Below are positions 41,064 through 53,870 of a stretch of 64,000 nt of DNA, one piece after another. Numbering within the stretch: position 1 is the first letter of the stretch; the number at the start of each line of letters is the position of its first letter. The position numbers and the translations under genes are program-made. The notes beneath the pieces were generated by a model. The model was not told where the DNA came from. It saw only the letters and a list, made by a program, of their open reading frames with translations, and searched no databases. The stretch is from the NCBI RefSeq assembly GCF_964355755.1, contig NC_092672.1, positions 16,565,137 to 16,629,136 on the forward strand. Reading direction: 5' to 3'. This stretch comes from Antedon mediterranea. Taxonomy: Eukaryota > Animalia > Echinodermata.

Positions 41064-44000
41064 TAGATCAGCCAGAGAGAGATATAGATAGATCAGCGAG
41101 AGAGAGAGAGAGATAGATCAGCGAGAGAGAGATAGATAGATAGATCAGCGAGAGAGAGATAGGTAGATCAGCGAGAGAGAGAGAGATAGATAGATCAGCG
41201 AGAGAGAGAGAGATAGATCAGCGAGAGAGAGATAGATCAGCGAGAGAGATAGATCAGCGAGAGAGATAGATCAGCGAGAGAGAGATAGATCAGCGAGTGA
41301 GAGATAGATCAGCGAGAGAGAGAGATAGATCAGCAAGAGAGATAGATAGATTAGCAAGAGAGAGATAGATCAGCGAGAGAGAGATAGATCAGCGTGAGAG
41401 AGATAGATCAGCGACAGAGAGATAGATCAGCGAGAGAGAGATAGATCAGTGACAGAGAGATAGATCAGCGAAAGAGAGATAGATCAGCGAGTGAGAGATA
41501 GATAAGCGAGAGCGAGAGAGAGATCAACGAGAGAAAGATAGATCAGCGAGAGAGAGATAGATCAGGGAGAGAGAGATAGATCAGCGAGAGAGAGATAGAT
41601 CAGCGAGAGAAAGAGAGATAGATCCGCGAGAGAGAGATATATCAGCGAGAGAGAGAGATAGATCAGGGAGAGAGAGATAGATCAGCGAGAGAGAAATAAA
41701 TCAGCGAGAGAGATAGATCAGCGAGAGAGAGAAAGATCAGCGAGAGAGAGAGATAGATCAGCGAGAGAGAGATAGATCAGCGAGAGAGAGAGATAGATCA
41801 GCGAGAGAGAGAGAGATAGATCAGCGAGAGAGATAGATCAGCGAGAGAGAGATAGATCAGCGAGAGAGAGATAGATAGATCAGCGAGAAGGAGATAGATA
41901 GATCAGCGAGAGAGAGAGAGAGATAGATAGATCAGCGATAGAGAGATAGATCAGCGTGAGAGAGATAGATCAGCGACAGAGAGATAGATCAGCGAGAAAG
42001 AGATAGATCAGCGAGAGAGAGATAGATCAGCGATAGAGAGATAGATCAGCGAGAGAGAGATAGATCAGCGAGAGAGAGAAAGATCAGCGAGAGAGAAATA
42101 GATCAGCGAGAGAGAGAGATAGATCCGCGAGAGAGAGATAGATCCGCGAGAGAGAGATATATCAGCGAGAGAGAGATATATCAGCGTGAGAGAGAGTTAG
42201 ATCAGCGAGAGAGATATAGATCAGCGAGAGAGATAGATCAGCGAGAGAAATATAGATCAGCGAGAGAGAGATAGATAGATCAGCGAGAGAGATAGATCAG
42301 CGAGAGAGAGATAGATAGATCAGCGAGATAGAGATAGATCAGCGAGAGAGAGAGAGATAGATCAGCGATAGAGAGATAGATCAGCGAGAGAGAGATAGAT
42401 CAGCGAGAGAGCGATAGATCAGCGAGAGAGAGATAGATCAGCGAGAGAGAGATAGATCAGCGAGAGAGAGATAGATCAGCGAGAGAGAGATAGATCAGCG
42501 AGAGAGAGATAGATCAGCGAGAAAGAGATAGATCGGCGAGAGAGAGATAGATCAGCGAGAGAGAGATAGATCAGCCAGAGAGAGATAGATAGATCAGCGA
42601 GAGAGAGAGAGAGATAGATCAGCGAGAGAGAGAGAGATCAGCGAGAGAGAGAGATATATCAGCGTGAGAGAGAGATAGATCAGAGAGAGATAGATAGATC
42701 AGAGAAAGAGAGACAGATCCGCGAGAGAGAGAGAGATAGATCAGCGAGAGAGAGAGAGAGATCAGCAAGAGAGAGATAGATCAGCGAGAGAGATAGATCA
42801 GCGAGAGAGAGATAGATCAGTGAGAGAGATAGATCAGTGAGAAAGAGATAGATCAGCGAGAGAGAGATAGATCAGCGAGAGAGATAGATCAGCGGGAGAA
42901 AGATAGATCAGCTAGAGAGAGATAGATCAGCGAGAGAGAGATAGATCCGCGAGAGAGAGATAGATCAGCGAGAGAGAGATATATCAGCGAGAGAGAGATA
43001 GATCAGCGAGAGAGAGATAGATCAGCGAGAGAGATAGATCAGCGAGAGAGAGATAGATCAGCGAGAGAGATAGATAGATCAGCGAGAGAGATAGATAGAT
43101 CAGCGAGAGAGAGAGAGAGATAGATCAGCGAGAGAGAGATAGATCAGCGAAAGAGAGACAGATCCACGAGAAAGAGAGAGATAGATCAGCGAGAGAGAGA
43201 GAGATCAGCAAGAGAGAGATAGATCAGCGAGAGAGATAGATCAGCGAGAGAGAGATAGATCAGCGAGAGAGAGATAGATCAGTGAGAGAGAGATAGATCA
43301 GCGAGAGAGAGAAAGATCAGCGAGAGAGAGATAGATCAGCGTGAGAGAGATAGATCAGCGACAGAGAGATAGATCAGCGAGAAAGAGATAGATCAGCGAG
43401 AGAGAGATAGATCAGCGATAGAGAGATAGATCAGTGAGAGAGAGATAGATCAGCGAGAGAGAGATAGATCAGCGAGAGAGAGATAGATCAGCGAGAGAGA
43501 AATAGATCAGCGAGAGAGAGAGATAGATCCGCGAGAGAGAGATAGATCCGCGAGAGAGAGAGATATATCAGCGAGAGAGAGATATATCAGCGTGAGAGAG
43601 AGTTAGATCAGCGAGAGAGATATAGATCAGCGAGAGAGATAGATCAGCGAGAGAAATATAGATCAGCGAGAGAGAGATAGATAGATCAGCGAGAGAGATA
43701 GATCAGCGAGAGAGAGATAGATAGATCAGCGAGATAGAGATAGATCAGCGAGAGAGAGAGAGATAGATCAGCGATAGAGAGATAGATCAGCGAGAGAGAT
43801 ATAGATCAGCTAGAGAGCGATAGATCAGCGAGAGAGAGATAGATCAGCGAGAGAGAGATAGATCAGCGAGAGAGAGATAGATCAGCGAGAGAGAGATAGA
43901 TCAGCGAGAGAGAGATAGATCAGCGAGAAAGAGATAGATCGGCGAGAGAGAGATAGATCAGCGAGAGAGAGATAGATCAGCCAGAGAGAGATAGATAGAT

Positions 44001-46100
44001 CAGCGAGAGAGAGAGAGAGATAGATCAGCGAGAGAGAGAGAGATCAGCGAGAGAGAGAGAGATATATCAGCGTGAGAGAGAGATAGATCAGAGAGAGATA
44101 GATAGATCAGAGAAAGAGAGACAGATCCGCGAGAGAGAGAGAGATAGATCAGCGAGAGAGAGAGAGAGATCAGCAAGAGAGAGATAGATCAGCGAGAGAG
44201 ATAGATCAGCGAGAGAGAGATAGATCAGTGAGAGAGATAGATCAGTGAGAGAGAGATAGATCAGCGAGAGAGAGATAGATCAGCGAGAGAGATAGATCAG
44301 CGGGAGAAAGATAGATCAGCTAGAGAGAGATAGATCAGCGAGAGAGAGATAGATCCGCGAGAGAGAGATAGATCAGCGAGAGAGATAGATCAGCGGGAGA
44401 AAGATAGATCAGCTAGAGAGAGATAGATCAGCGAGAGAGAGATAGATCCGCGAGAGAGATAGATAGATCAGCGAGAGAGATAGATAGATCAGCGAGAGAG
44501 AGAGAGAGATAGATCAGCGAGAGAGAGATAGATCAGCGAAAGAGAGACAGATCCACGAGAAAGAGAGAGATAGATCAGCGAGAGAGAGATAGATCAGTGA
44601 GAGAGATAGATCAGTGAGAGAGAGATAGATCAGCGAGAGAGAGATAGATCAGCGAGAGAGATAGATCAGCGGGAGAAAGATAGATCAGCTAGAGAGAGAT
44701 AGATCAGCGAGAGAGAGATAGATCCGCGAGAGAGATAGATAGATCAGCGAGAGAGATAGATAGATCAGCGAGAGAGAGAGAGAGATAGATCAGCGAGAGA
44801 GAGATAGATCAGCGAAAGAGAGACAGATCCACGAGAAAGAGAGAGATAGATCAGCGAGAGAGAGAGAGATCAGCAAGAGAGAGATAGATCAGCGAGAGAG
44901 ATAGATCAGCGAGAGAGAGATAGATCAGCGAGAGAGAGATAGATCAGTGAGAGAGAGATAGATCAGCGAGAGAGAGAAAGATCAGCGAGAGAGAGATAGA
45001 TCAGCGTGAGAGAGATAGATCAGCGACAGAGAGATAGATCAGCGAGAAAGAGATAGATCAGCGAGAGAGAGATAGATCAGCGATAGAGAGATAGATCAGT
45101 GAGAGAGAGATAGATCAGCGAGAGAGAGATAGATCAGCGAGAGAGAGATAGATCAGCGAGAGAGAAATAGATCAGCGAGAGAGAGAGATAGATCCGCGAG
45201 AGAGAGATAGATCCGCGAGAGAGAGATATATCAGCGAGAGAGAGATATATCAGCGTGAGAGAGAGTTAGATCAGCGAGAGAGATATAGATCAGCGAGAGA
45301 GATAGATCAGCGAGAGAAATATAGATCAGCGAGAGAGAGATAGATAGATCAGCGAGAGAGATAGATCAGCGAGAGAGAGATAGATAGATCAGCGAGATAG
45401 AGATAGATCAGCGAGAGAGAGAGAGATAGATCAGCGATAGAGAGATAGATCAGCGAGAGAGATATAGATCAGCGAGAGAGCGATAGATCAGCGAGAGAGA
45501 GATAGATCAGCGAGAGAGAGATAGATCAGCGAGAGAGAGATAGATCAGCGAGAGAGAGATAGATCAGCGAGAGAGAGATAGATCAGCGAGAAAGAGATAG
45601 ATCGGCGAGAGAGAGATAGATCAGCGAGAGAGAGATAGATCAGCCAGAGAGAGATAGATAGATCAGCGAGAGAGAGAGAGAGATAGATCAGCGAGAGAGA
45701 GAGAGATCAGCGAGAGAGAGAGAGATATATCAGCGTGAGAGAGAGATAGATCAGAGAGAGATAGATAGATCAGAGAAAGAGAGACAGATCCGCGAGAGAG
45801 AGAGAGATAGATCAGCGAGAGAGAGAGAGAGATCAGCAAGAGAGAGATAGATCAGCGAGAGAGATAGATCAGCGAGAGAGAGATAGATCAGTGAGAGAGA
45901 TAGATCAGTGAGAGAGAGATAGATCAGCGAGAGAGAGATAGATCAGCGAGAGAGATAGATCAGCGGGAGAAAGATAGATCAGCTAGAGAGAGATAGATCA
46001 GCGAGAGAGAGATAGATCCGCGAGAGAGAGATAGATCAGCGAGAGAGAGATATATCAGCGAGAGAGAGATAGATCAGCGAGAGAGAGATAGATCAGCGAG
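39390..46100 (+). repeat. Four related units with irregular 1.4-1.9 kb periods
   Basis: Private GAGAGCGATAG at 40496, 42412, 43818 and 45481 (spacings 1916, 1406, 1663); AAGCGAGAGCGAG 39571/41506. Confidence 0.85.
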
Positions 46101-49100
46101 AGAGATAGATCAGCGAGAGAGAGATAGATCAGCGAGAGAGAGAGATAGATCAGCGAGAGAGATAGATAGATCAGCGAGAGAGAGAGAGAGATAGATCAGC
46201 GAGAGAGAGATAGATCAGCGAAAGAGAGACAGATCCACGAGAAAGAGAGAGATAGATCAGCGAGAGAGAGAGAGATCAGCAAGAGAGAGATAGATCAGCG
46301 AGAGAGATAGATCAGCGAGAGAGAGATAGATCAGCGAGAGAGAGATAGATCAGTGAGAGAGAGATAGATCAGCGAGAGAGAGAAAGATCAGCGAGAGAGA
46401 GATAGATCAGCGAGAGAGAGATAGATCAGCGAGAGAGAGAGATAGATCCGCGAGAGAGAGATAGATCCGCGAGAGAGAGATATATCAGCGAGAGAGAGAT
46501 ATATCAGCGTGAGAGAGAGTTAGATCAGCGAGAGAGATATAGATCAGCGAGAGAGATAGATCAGCGAGAGAAATATAGATCAGCGAGAGAGAGATAGATA
46601 GATCAGCGAGAGAGATAGATCAGCGAGAGAGAGATAGATAGATCAGCGAGATAGAGATAGGTCAGCGAGAGAGACAGAGATAGATCAGCGATAGAGAGAT
46701 AGATCAGCGAGAGAGAGATAGATCAGCGAGAGAGAAATAGATCAGCGAGAGAGAGATAGATCAGCGAGAGAGAGATAGATCAGCGAGAGAGAGAGATAGA
46801 TCCGCGAGAGAGAGATAGATCCGCGAGAGAGAGATAAATCAGCGAGAGAGAGATATATCAGCGTGAGAGAGAGTTAGATCAGCGAGAGAGATATAGATCA
46901 GAGAGAGAGATAGATCAGCGAGAGAAATATAGATCAGCGAGAGAGAGATAGATAGATCAGCGAGAGAGTTAGATCTGCGAGAGAGAGATAGATAGATAAG
47001 CGAGATAGAGATAGATCAGCGAGAGAGAGAGATAGATCAGCGATAGAGAGATAGATCAGCGAGAGAGAGATAGATCAGCGAGAGAGAGATAGATCAGCGA
47101 GAGAGAGATAGATCAGCGAGAGAGAGATAGATCAGCGAGAAAGAGATAGATCGGCGAGAGAGAGATAGATCAGCGAGAGAGAGATAGATCAGCCAGAAAG
47201 AGATAGATTGATCAGCGAGAGAGAGAGAGAGAGATAGATCAGCGAGAGAGAGAGAGAGATCAGCGAGAGAGAGATATATCAGCGTGAGAGAGAGATAGAT
47301 CAGCGAGAGAGAGATAGATCAGCGAAAGAGAGACAGATCCGCGAGAGAGAGAGAGAGAGAGATAGATCAGCGAGAGAGAGAGAGAGAGAGAGATCAGCAA
47401 GAGAGAGATAGATCAGCGAGAGAGATAGATCAGCGAGAGAGAGATAGATCAGCGAGAGAGATAGATCAGTGAGAGAGAGAGATAGATCAGCGAGAGAGAG
47501 ATAGATCAGCGAGAGAGAGATAGATCAGCGTGAGAAAGATAGATCAGCTAGAGAGAGATAGATCTGCGAGAGAGAGATAGATCCGCGAGAGAGAGATAGA
47601 TCAGCGAGAGAGATATATATCAGCGAGAGAGAGATAGATCAGCGTGAGAGAGAGATAGATCAGCGAGAGAAAGATAGATCAGCGAGAGAGATAGATCAGC
47701 GAGAGAAATATAGATCAGCGAGAAAGAGATAGATAGATCAGCGAGAGAGATAGATCAGCGAGAGAGAGATAGATAGATCAGCGAGAGAGAGATAGATCAG
47801 CGAGAGAGAGAGATAGATCAGCGAGAGAGAGAGAGAGATAGATCAGCGAGAGAGAGATAGATCAGCGAGAGAGAGATATATCAGTGAGAGAGAGATAGAT
47901 CAGTGTGAGAGAGAGATAGATCAGCGAGAGAGAGATAGATCAGCGAGAGAGATAGATCAGCGAGAGAAATATAGATCAGCGAGAGAGAGATAGATAGATC
48001 AGCGAGAGAGATAGATCAGCGAGAGAGAGATAGATAGATCAGAGAGAGAGAGATAGATCAGCGAGAGAGAGAGAGAGAGAGATAGATCAGCGAGAGAGAG
48101 ATAGATCAGCGAGAGAGAGATAGATCAGCGAGAGAGATATATATCAGTGAGAGAGAGATAGATCAGCGAGAGAGAGATAGATCAGCGAGAGAGATAGATC
48201 AGCGACAAAGAGATAAATCAGCGAGAGAGAGATATATCAGCGAGAGAGAGATAGATCAGCGAGAGAGATAGATCAGCGAGAGAGATAGATCAGCGAGAGA
48301 AAGAGATAGATCAGCCAGAGAAAGATAGATAGATCAGCGAGAGAGAGAGAGAGAGATAGATCGGCGAGAGAGAGATAGATCAGCGAGACAGAGATAGATC
48401 AGCGAGAGAGAGATAGATCAGCGAGAGAGAGATAGATCAGCGAGAGAGAGAGATAGATCAGCGAGAGAGATAGATAGATCAGCGAGAGAGAGAGAGAGAT
48501 AGATCAGCGAGAGAGAGATAGATCAGCGAAAGAGAGACAGATCCACGAGAAAGAGAGAGATAGATCAGCGAGAGAGAGAGAGATCAGCAAGAGAGAGATA
48601 GATCAGCGAGAGAGATAGATCAGCGAGAGAGAGATAGATCAGCGAGAGAGAGATAGATCAGTGAGAGAGAGATAGATCAGCGAGAGAGAGAAAGATCAGC
48701 GAGAGAGAGATAGATCAGCGAGAGAGAGATAGATCAGCGAGAGAGAGAGATAGATCCGCGAGAGAGAGATAGATCCGCGAGAGAGAGATATATCAGCGAG
48801 AGAGAGATATATCAGCGTGAGAGAGAGTTAGATCAGCGAGAGAGATATAGATCAGCGAGAGAGATAGATCAGCGAGAGAAATATAGATCAGCGAGAGAGA
48901 GATAGATAGATCAGCGAGAGAGATAGATCAGCGAGAGAGAGATAGATAGATCAGCGAGATAGAGATAGGTCAGCGAGAGAGACAGAGATAGATCAGCGAT
49001 AGAGAGATAGATCAGCGAGAGAGAGATAGATCAGCGAGAGAGAAATAGATCAGCGAGAGAGAGATAGATCAGCGAGAGAGAGATAGATCAGCGAGAGAGA

Positions 49101-52100
49101 GAGATAGATCCGCGAGAGAGAGATAGATCCGCGAGAGAGAGATAAATCAGCGAGAGAGAGATATATCAGCGTGAGAGAGAGTTAGATCAGCGAGAGAGAT
49201 ATAGATCAGAGAGAGAGATAGATCAGCGAGAGAAATATAGATCAGCGAGAGAGAGATAGATAGATCAGCGAGAGAGTTAGATCTGCGAGAGAGAGATAGA
49301 TAGATAAGCGAGATAGAGATAGATCAGCGAGAGAGAGAGATAGATCAGCGATAGAGAGATAGATCAGCGAGAGAGAGATAGATCAGCGAGAGAGAGATAG
49401 ATCAGCGAGAGAGAGATAGATCAGCGAGAGAGAGATAGATCAGCGAGAAAGAGATAGATCGGCGAGAGAGAGATAGATCAGCGAGAGAGAGATAGATCAG
49501 CCAGAAAGAGATAGATTGATCAGCGAGAGAGAGAGAGAGATAGATCAGCGAGAGAGAGAGAGAGATCAGCGAGAGAGAGATATATCAGCGTGAGAGAGAG
49601 ATAGATCAGCGAGAGAGAGATAGATCAGCGAAAGAGAGACAGATCCGCGAGAGAGAGAGAGAGAGAGATAGATCAGCGAGAGAGAGAGAGAGAGAGAGAT
49701 CAGCAAGAGAGAGATAGATCAGCGAGAGAGATAGATCAGCGAGAGAGAGATAGATCAGCGAGAGAGATAGATCAGTGAGAGAGAGAGATAGATCAGCGAG
49801 AGAGAGATAGATCAGCGAGAGAGAGATAGATCAGCGTGAGAAAGATAGATCAGCTAGAGAGAGATAGATCTGCGAGAGAGAGATAGATCCGCGAGAGAGA
49901 GATAGATCAGCGAGAGAGATATATATCAGCGAGAGAGAGATAGATCAGCGTGAGAGAGAGATAGATCAGCGAGAGAAAGATAGATCAGCGAGAGAGATAG
50001 ATCAGCGAGAGAAATATAGATCAGCGAGAAAGAGATAGATAGATCAGCGAGAGAGATAGATCAGCGAGAGAGAGATAGATAGATCAGCGAGAGAGAGATA
50101 GATCAGCGAGAGAGAGAGATAGATCAGCGAGAGAGAGAGAGAGATAGATCAGCGAGAGAGAGATAGATCAGCGAGAGAGAGATATATCAGTGAGAGAGAG
50201 ATAGATCAGTGTGAGAGAGAGATAGATCAGCGAGAGAGAGATAGATCAGCGAGAGAGATAGATCAGCGAGAGAAATATAGATCAGCGAGAGAGAGATAGA
50301 TAGATCAGCGAGAGAGATAGATCAGCGAGAGAGAGATAGATAGATCAGAGAGAGAGAGATAGATCAGCGAGAGAGAGAGAGAGAGAGATAGATCAGCGAG
50401 AGAGAGATAGATCAGCGAGAGAGAGATAGATCAGCGAGAGAGATATATATCAGTGAGAGAGAGATAGATCAGCGAGAGAGAGATAGATCAGCGAGAGAGA
50501 TAGATCAGCGACAAAGAGATAAATCAGCGAGAGAGAGATATATCAGCGAGAGAGAGATAGATCAGCGAGAGAGATAGATCAGCGAGAGAGATAGATCAGC
50601 GAGAGAAAGAGATAGATCAGCCAGAGAAAGATAGATAGATCAGCGAGAGAGAGAGAGAGAGATAGATCGGCGAGAGAGAGATAGATCAGCGAGACAGAGA
50701 TAGATCAGCGAGAGAGAGATAGATCAGCGAGAGAGAGAGAGATAGATCAGCGAGAGAGAGAGATAGATCAGCGAGAGAGAGATAGATCAGTGACAGAGAG
50801 ATAGATCAGCGAAAGAGAGATAGATCAGCGAGAGAGATAGATCAGCGGGAGAGAGAGATAGATCAACGAGAGAGAGATAGATCAGCGAGAGAGAGAGAGA
50901 TAGATCAGGGAGAGAGAGATAGATCAGCGAGAGAGAGATAGATCAGCGAGAGATTGAGAGAGATAGATCAACGAGAGAGATAGATCAGCGAGAGAGAGAG
51001 ATAGATCAGGGAGAGAGAGATAGATCAGCGAGAAAGAGATAGATCAGCGAGAGAGAGATAGATCAGCGAGAGAGAGATAGATCAGCGAGAGAGATAGATC
51101 AGCGAGAGAGAGATATATCAGCGAGAGAGAGATAGATCAGTGAGAGAGAGAGAGATCAGCAAGAGAGATATAGATCAGCGAGAGAGATAGATGAGCGAGA
51201 GAGAGATAGATCAGCGAGAGAGAGATAGATCAGTGAGAGAGAGATAGATCAGCGAGAGAGAGACAGATCCACGAGAAAGAGAGAGATAGATCAGCGAGAG
51301 AGAGAGATCAGCAAGAGAGAGATAGATCAGCGAGAGAGATAGATCAGCGAGAGAGAGATAGATCAGCGAGAGAGAGATAGATCAGTAAGAGAGAGATAGA
51401 TCAGCGAGAGAGAGAAAGATCAGCGAGAGAGAGATAGATCAGCGAGAGAGAGATAGATCAGCGAGAGAGAGAGATAGATCCGCGAGAGAGAGATAGATCC
51501 GCGAGAGAGAGATATATCAGCGAGAGAGAGATATATCAGCGTGAGAGAGAGTTAGATCAGCGAGAGAGATATAGATCAGCGAGAGAGATAGATCAGCGAG
51601 AGAAATATAGATCAGCGAGAGAGAGATAGATAGATCAGCGAGAGAGATAGATCAGCGAGAGAGAGATAGATAGATCAGCGAGATAGAGATAGGTCAGCGA
51701 GAAAGACAGAGATAGATCAGCGATAGAGAGATAGATCAGCGAGAGAGAGATAAATCAGCGAGAGAGAAATAGATCAGCGAGAGAGAGATAGATCAGCGAG
51801 AGAGAGATAGATCAGCGAGAGAGAGAGATAGATCCGCGAGAGAGAGATAGATCCGCGAGAGAGAGATAAATCAGCGAGAGAGAGATATATCAGCGTGAGA
51901 GAGAGTTAGATCAGCGAGAGAGATATAGATCAGAGAGAGAGATAGATCAGCGAGAGAAATATAGATCAGCGAGAGAGAGATAGATAGATCAGCGAGAGAG
52001 TTAGATCTGCGAGAGAGAGATAGATAGATAAGCGAGATAGAGATAGATCAGCGAGAGAGAGAGATAGATCAGCGATAGAGAGATAGATCAGCGAGAGAGA

Positions 52101-53870
52101 GATAGATCAGCGAGAGAGAGATAGATCAGCGAGAGAGAGATAGATCAGCGAGAGAGAGATAGATCAGCGAGAAAGAGATAGATCGGCGAGAGAGAGATAG
52201 ATCAGCGAGAGAGAGATAGATCAGCCAGAAAGAGATAGATAGATCAGCGAGAGAGAGAGAGATAGATCAGCGAGAGAGAGAGAGAGAGATCAGCGAGAGA
52301 GAGATATATCAGCGTGAGAGAGAGATAGATCAGCGAGAGAGAGATAGATCAGCGAAAGAGAGACAGATCCGCGAGAGAGAGAGAGAGAGAGAGATAGATC
52401 AGCGAGAGAGAGAGAGAGAGAGATCAGCGAGAGAGAGATAGATCAGCGAGAGAAAGATAGATCAGCTAGAGAGAGATAGATCTGCGAGAGAGAGATAGAT
52501 CCGCGAGAGAGAGATAGATCAGCGAGAGAGATATATATCAGCGAGAGAGAGATAGATCAGCGTGAGAGAGAGATAGATCAGCGAGAGAAAGATAGATCAG
52601 CGAGAGAGATAGATCAGCGAGAGAAATATAGATCAGCGAGAAAGAGATAGATAGATCAGCGAGAGAGATAGATCAGCGAGAGAGAGATAGATAGATCAGC
52701 GAGAGAGAGATAGATCAGCGAGAGAGAGAGATAGATCAGCGAGAGAGAGAGAGAGATAGATCAGCGAGAGAGAGATAGATCAGCGAGAGAGAGATATATC
52801 AGTGAGAGAGAGATAGATCAGTGTGAGAGAGAGATAGATCAGCGAGAGAGAGATAGATCAGCGAGAGAGATAGATCAGCGAGAGAAATATAGATCAGCGA
52901 GAGAGAGATAGATAGATCAGCGAGAGAGATAGATCAGCGAGAGAGAGATAGATAGATCAGAGAGAGAGAGATAGATCAGCGAGAGAGAGAGAGAGAGAGA
53001 TAGATCAGCGAGAGAGAGATAGATCAGCGAGAGAGAGATAGATCAGCGAGAGAGATATATATCAGTGAGAGAGAGATAGATCAGCGAGAGAGAGATAGAT
53101 CAGCGAGAGAGATAGATCAGCGACAAAGAGATAAATCAGCGAGAGAGAGATATATCAGCGAGAGAGAGATAGATCAGCGAGAGAGATAGATCAGCGAGAG
53201 AGATAGATCAGCGAGAGAAAGAGATAGATCAGCCAGAGAAAGATAGATAGATCAGCGAGAGAGAGAGAGAGAGATAGATCGGCGAGAGAGAGATAGATCA
53301 GCGAGACAGAGATAGATCAGCGAGAGAGAGATAGATCAGCGAGAGAGAGAGAGAGATAGATCAGCGAGAGAGAGAGATAGATCAGCGAGAGAGAGATAGA
53401 TCAGTGACAGAGAGATAGATCAGCGAAAGAGAGATAGATCAGCGAGAGAGATAGATCAGCGGGAGAGAGAGATAGATCAACGAGAGAGAGATAGATCAGC
53501 GAGAGAGAGAGAGATAGATCAGGGAGAGAGAGATAGATCAGCGAGAGAGAGATAGATCAGCGAGAGATTGAGAGAGATAGATCAACGAGAGAGAGATAGA
53601 TCAGCGAGAGAGAGAGATAGATCAGGGAGAGAGAGATAGATCAGCGAGAAAGAGATAGATCAGCGAGAGAGAGATAGATCAGCGAGAGAGAGATAGATCA
53701 GCGAGAGAGATAGATCAGCGAGAGAGAGATATATCAGCGAGAGAGAGATAGATCAGTGAGAAAGAGAGAGATCAGCAAGAGAGATATAGATCAGCGAGAG
53801 AGATAGATGAGCGAGAGAGAGATAGATCAGCGAGAGAGAGATAGATCAGTGAGAGAGAGATAGATCAGCG
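46100..53870 (+). repeat. Three tandem copies of a 2.3-2.7 kb unit
   Basis: CAGTGTGAG 47901/50207/52819; CGACAAAG 48203/50509/53121 (spacings 2306 and 2612); ATAGGTCAGCG 46661/48969/51693. Confidence 0.92.
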
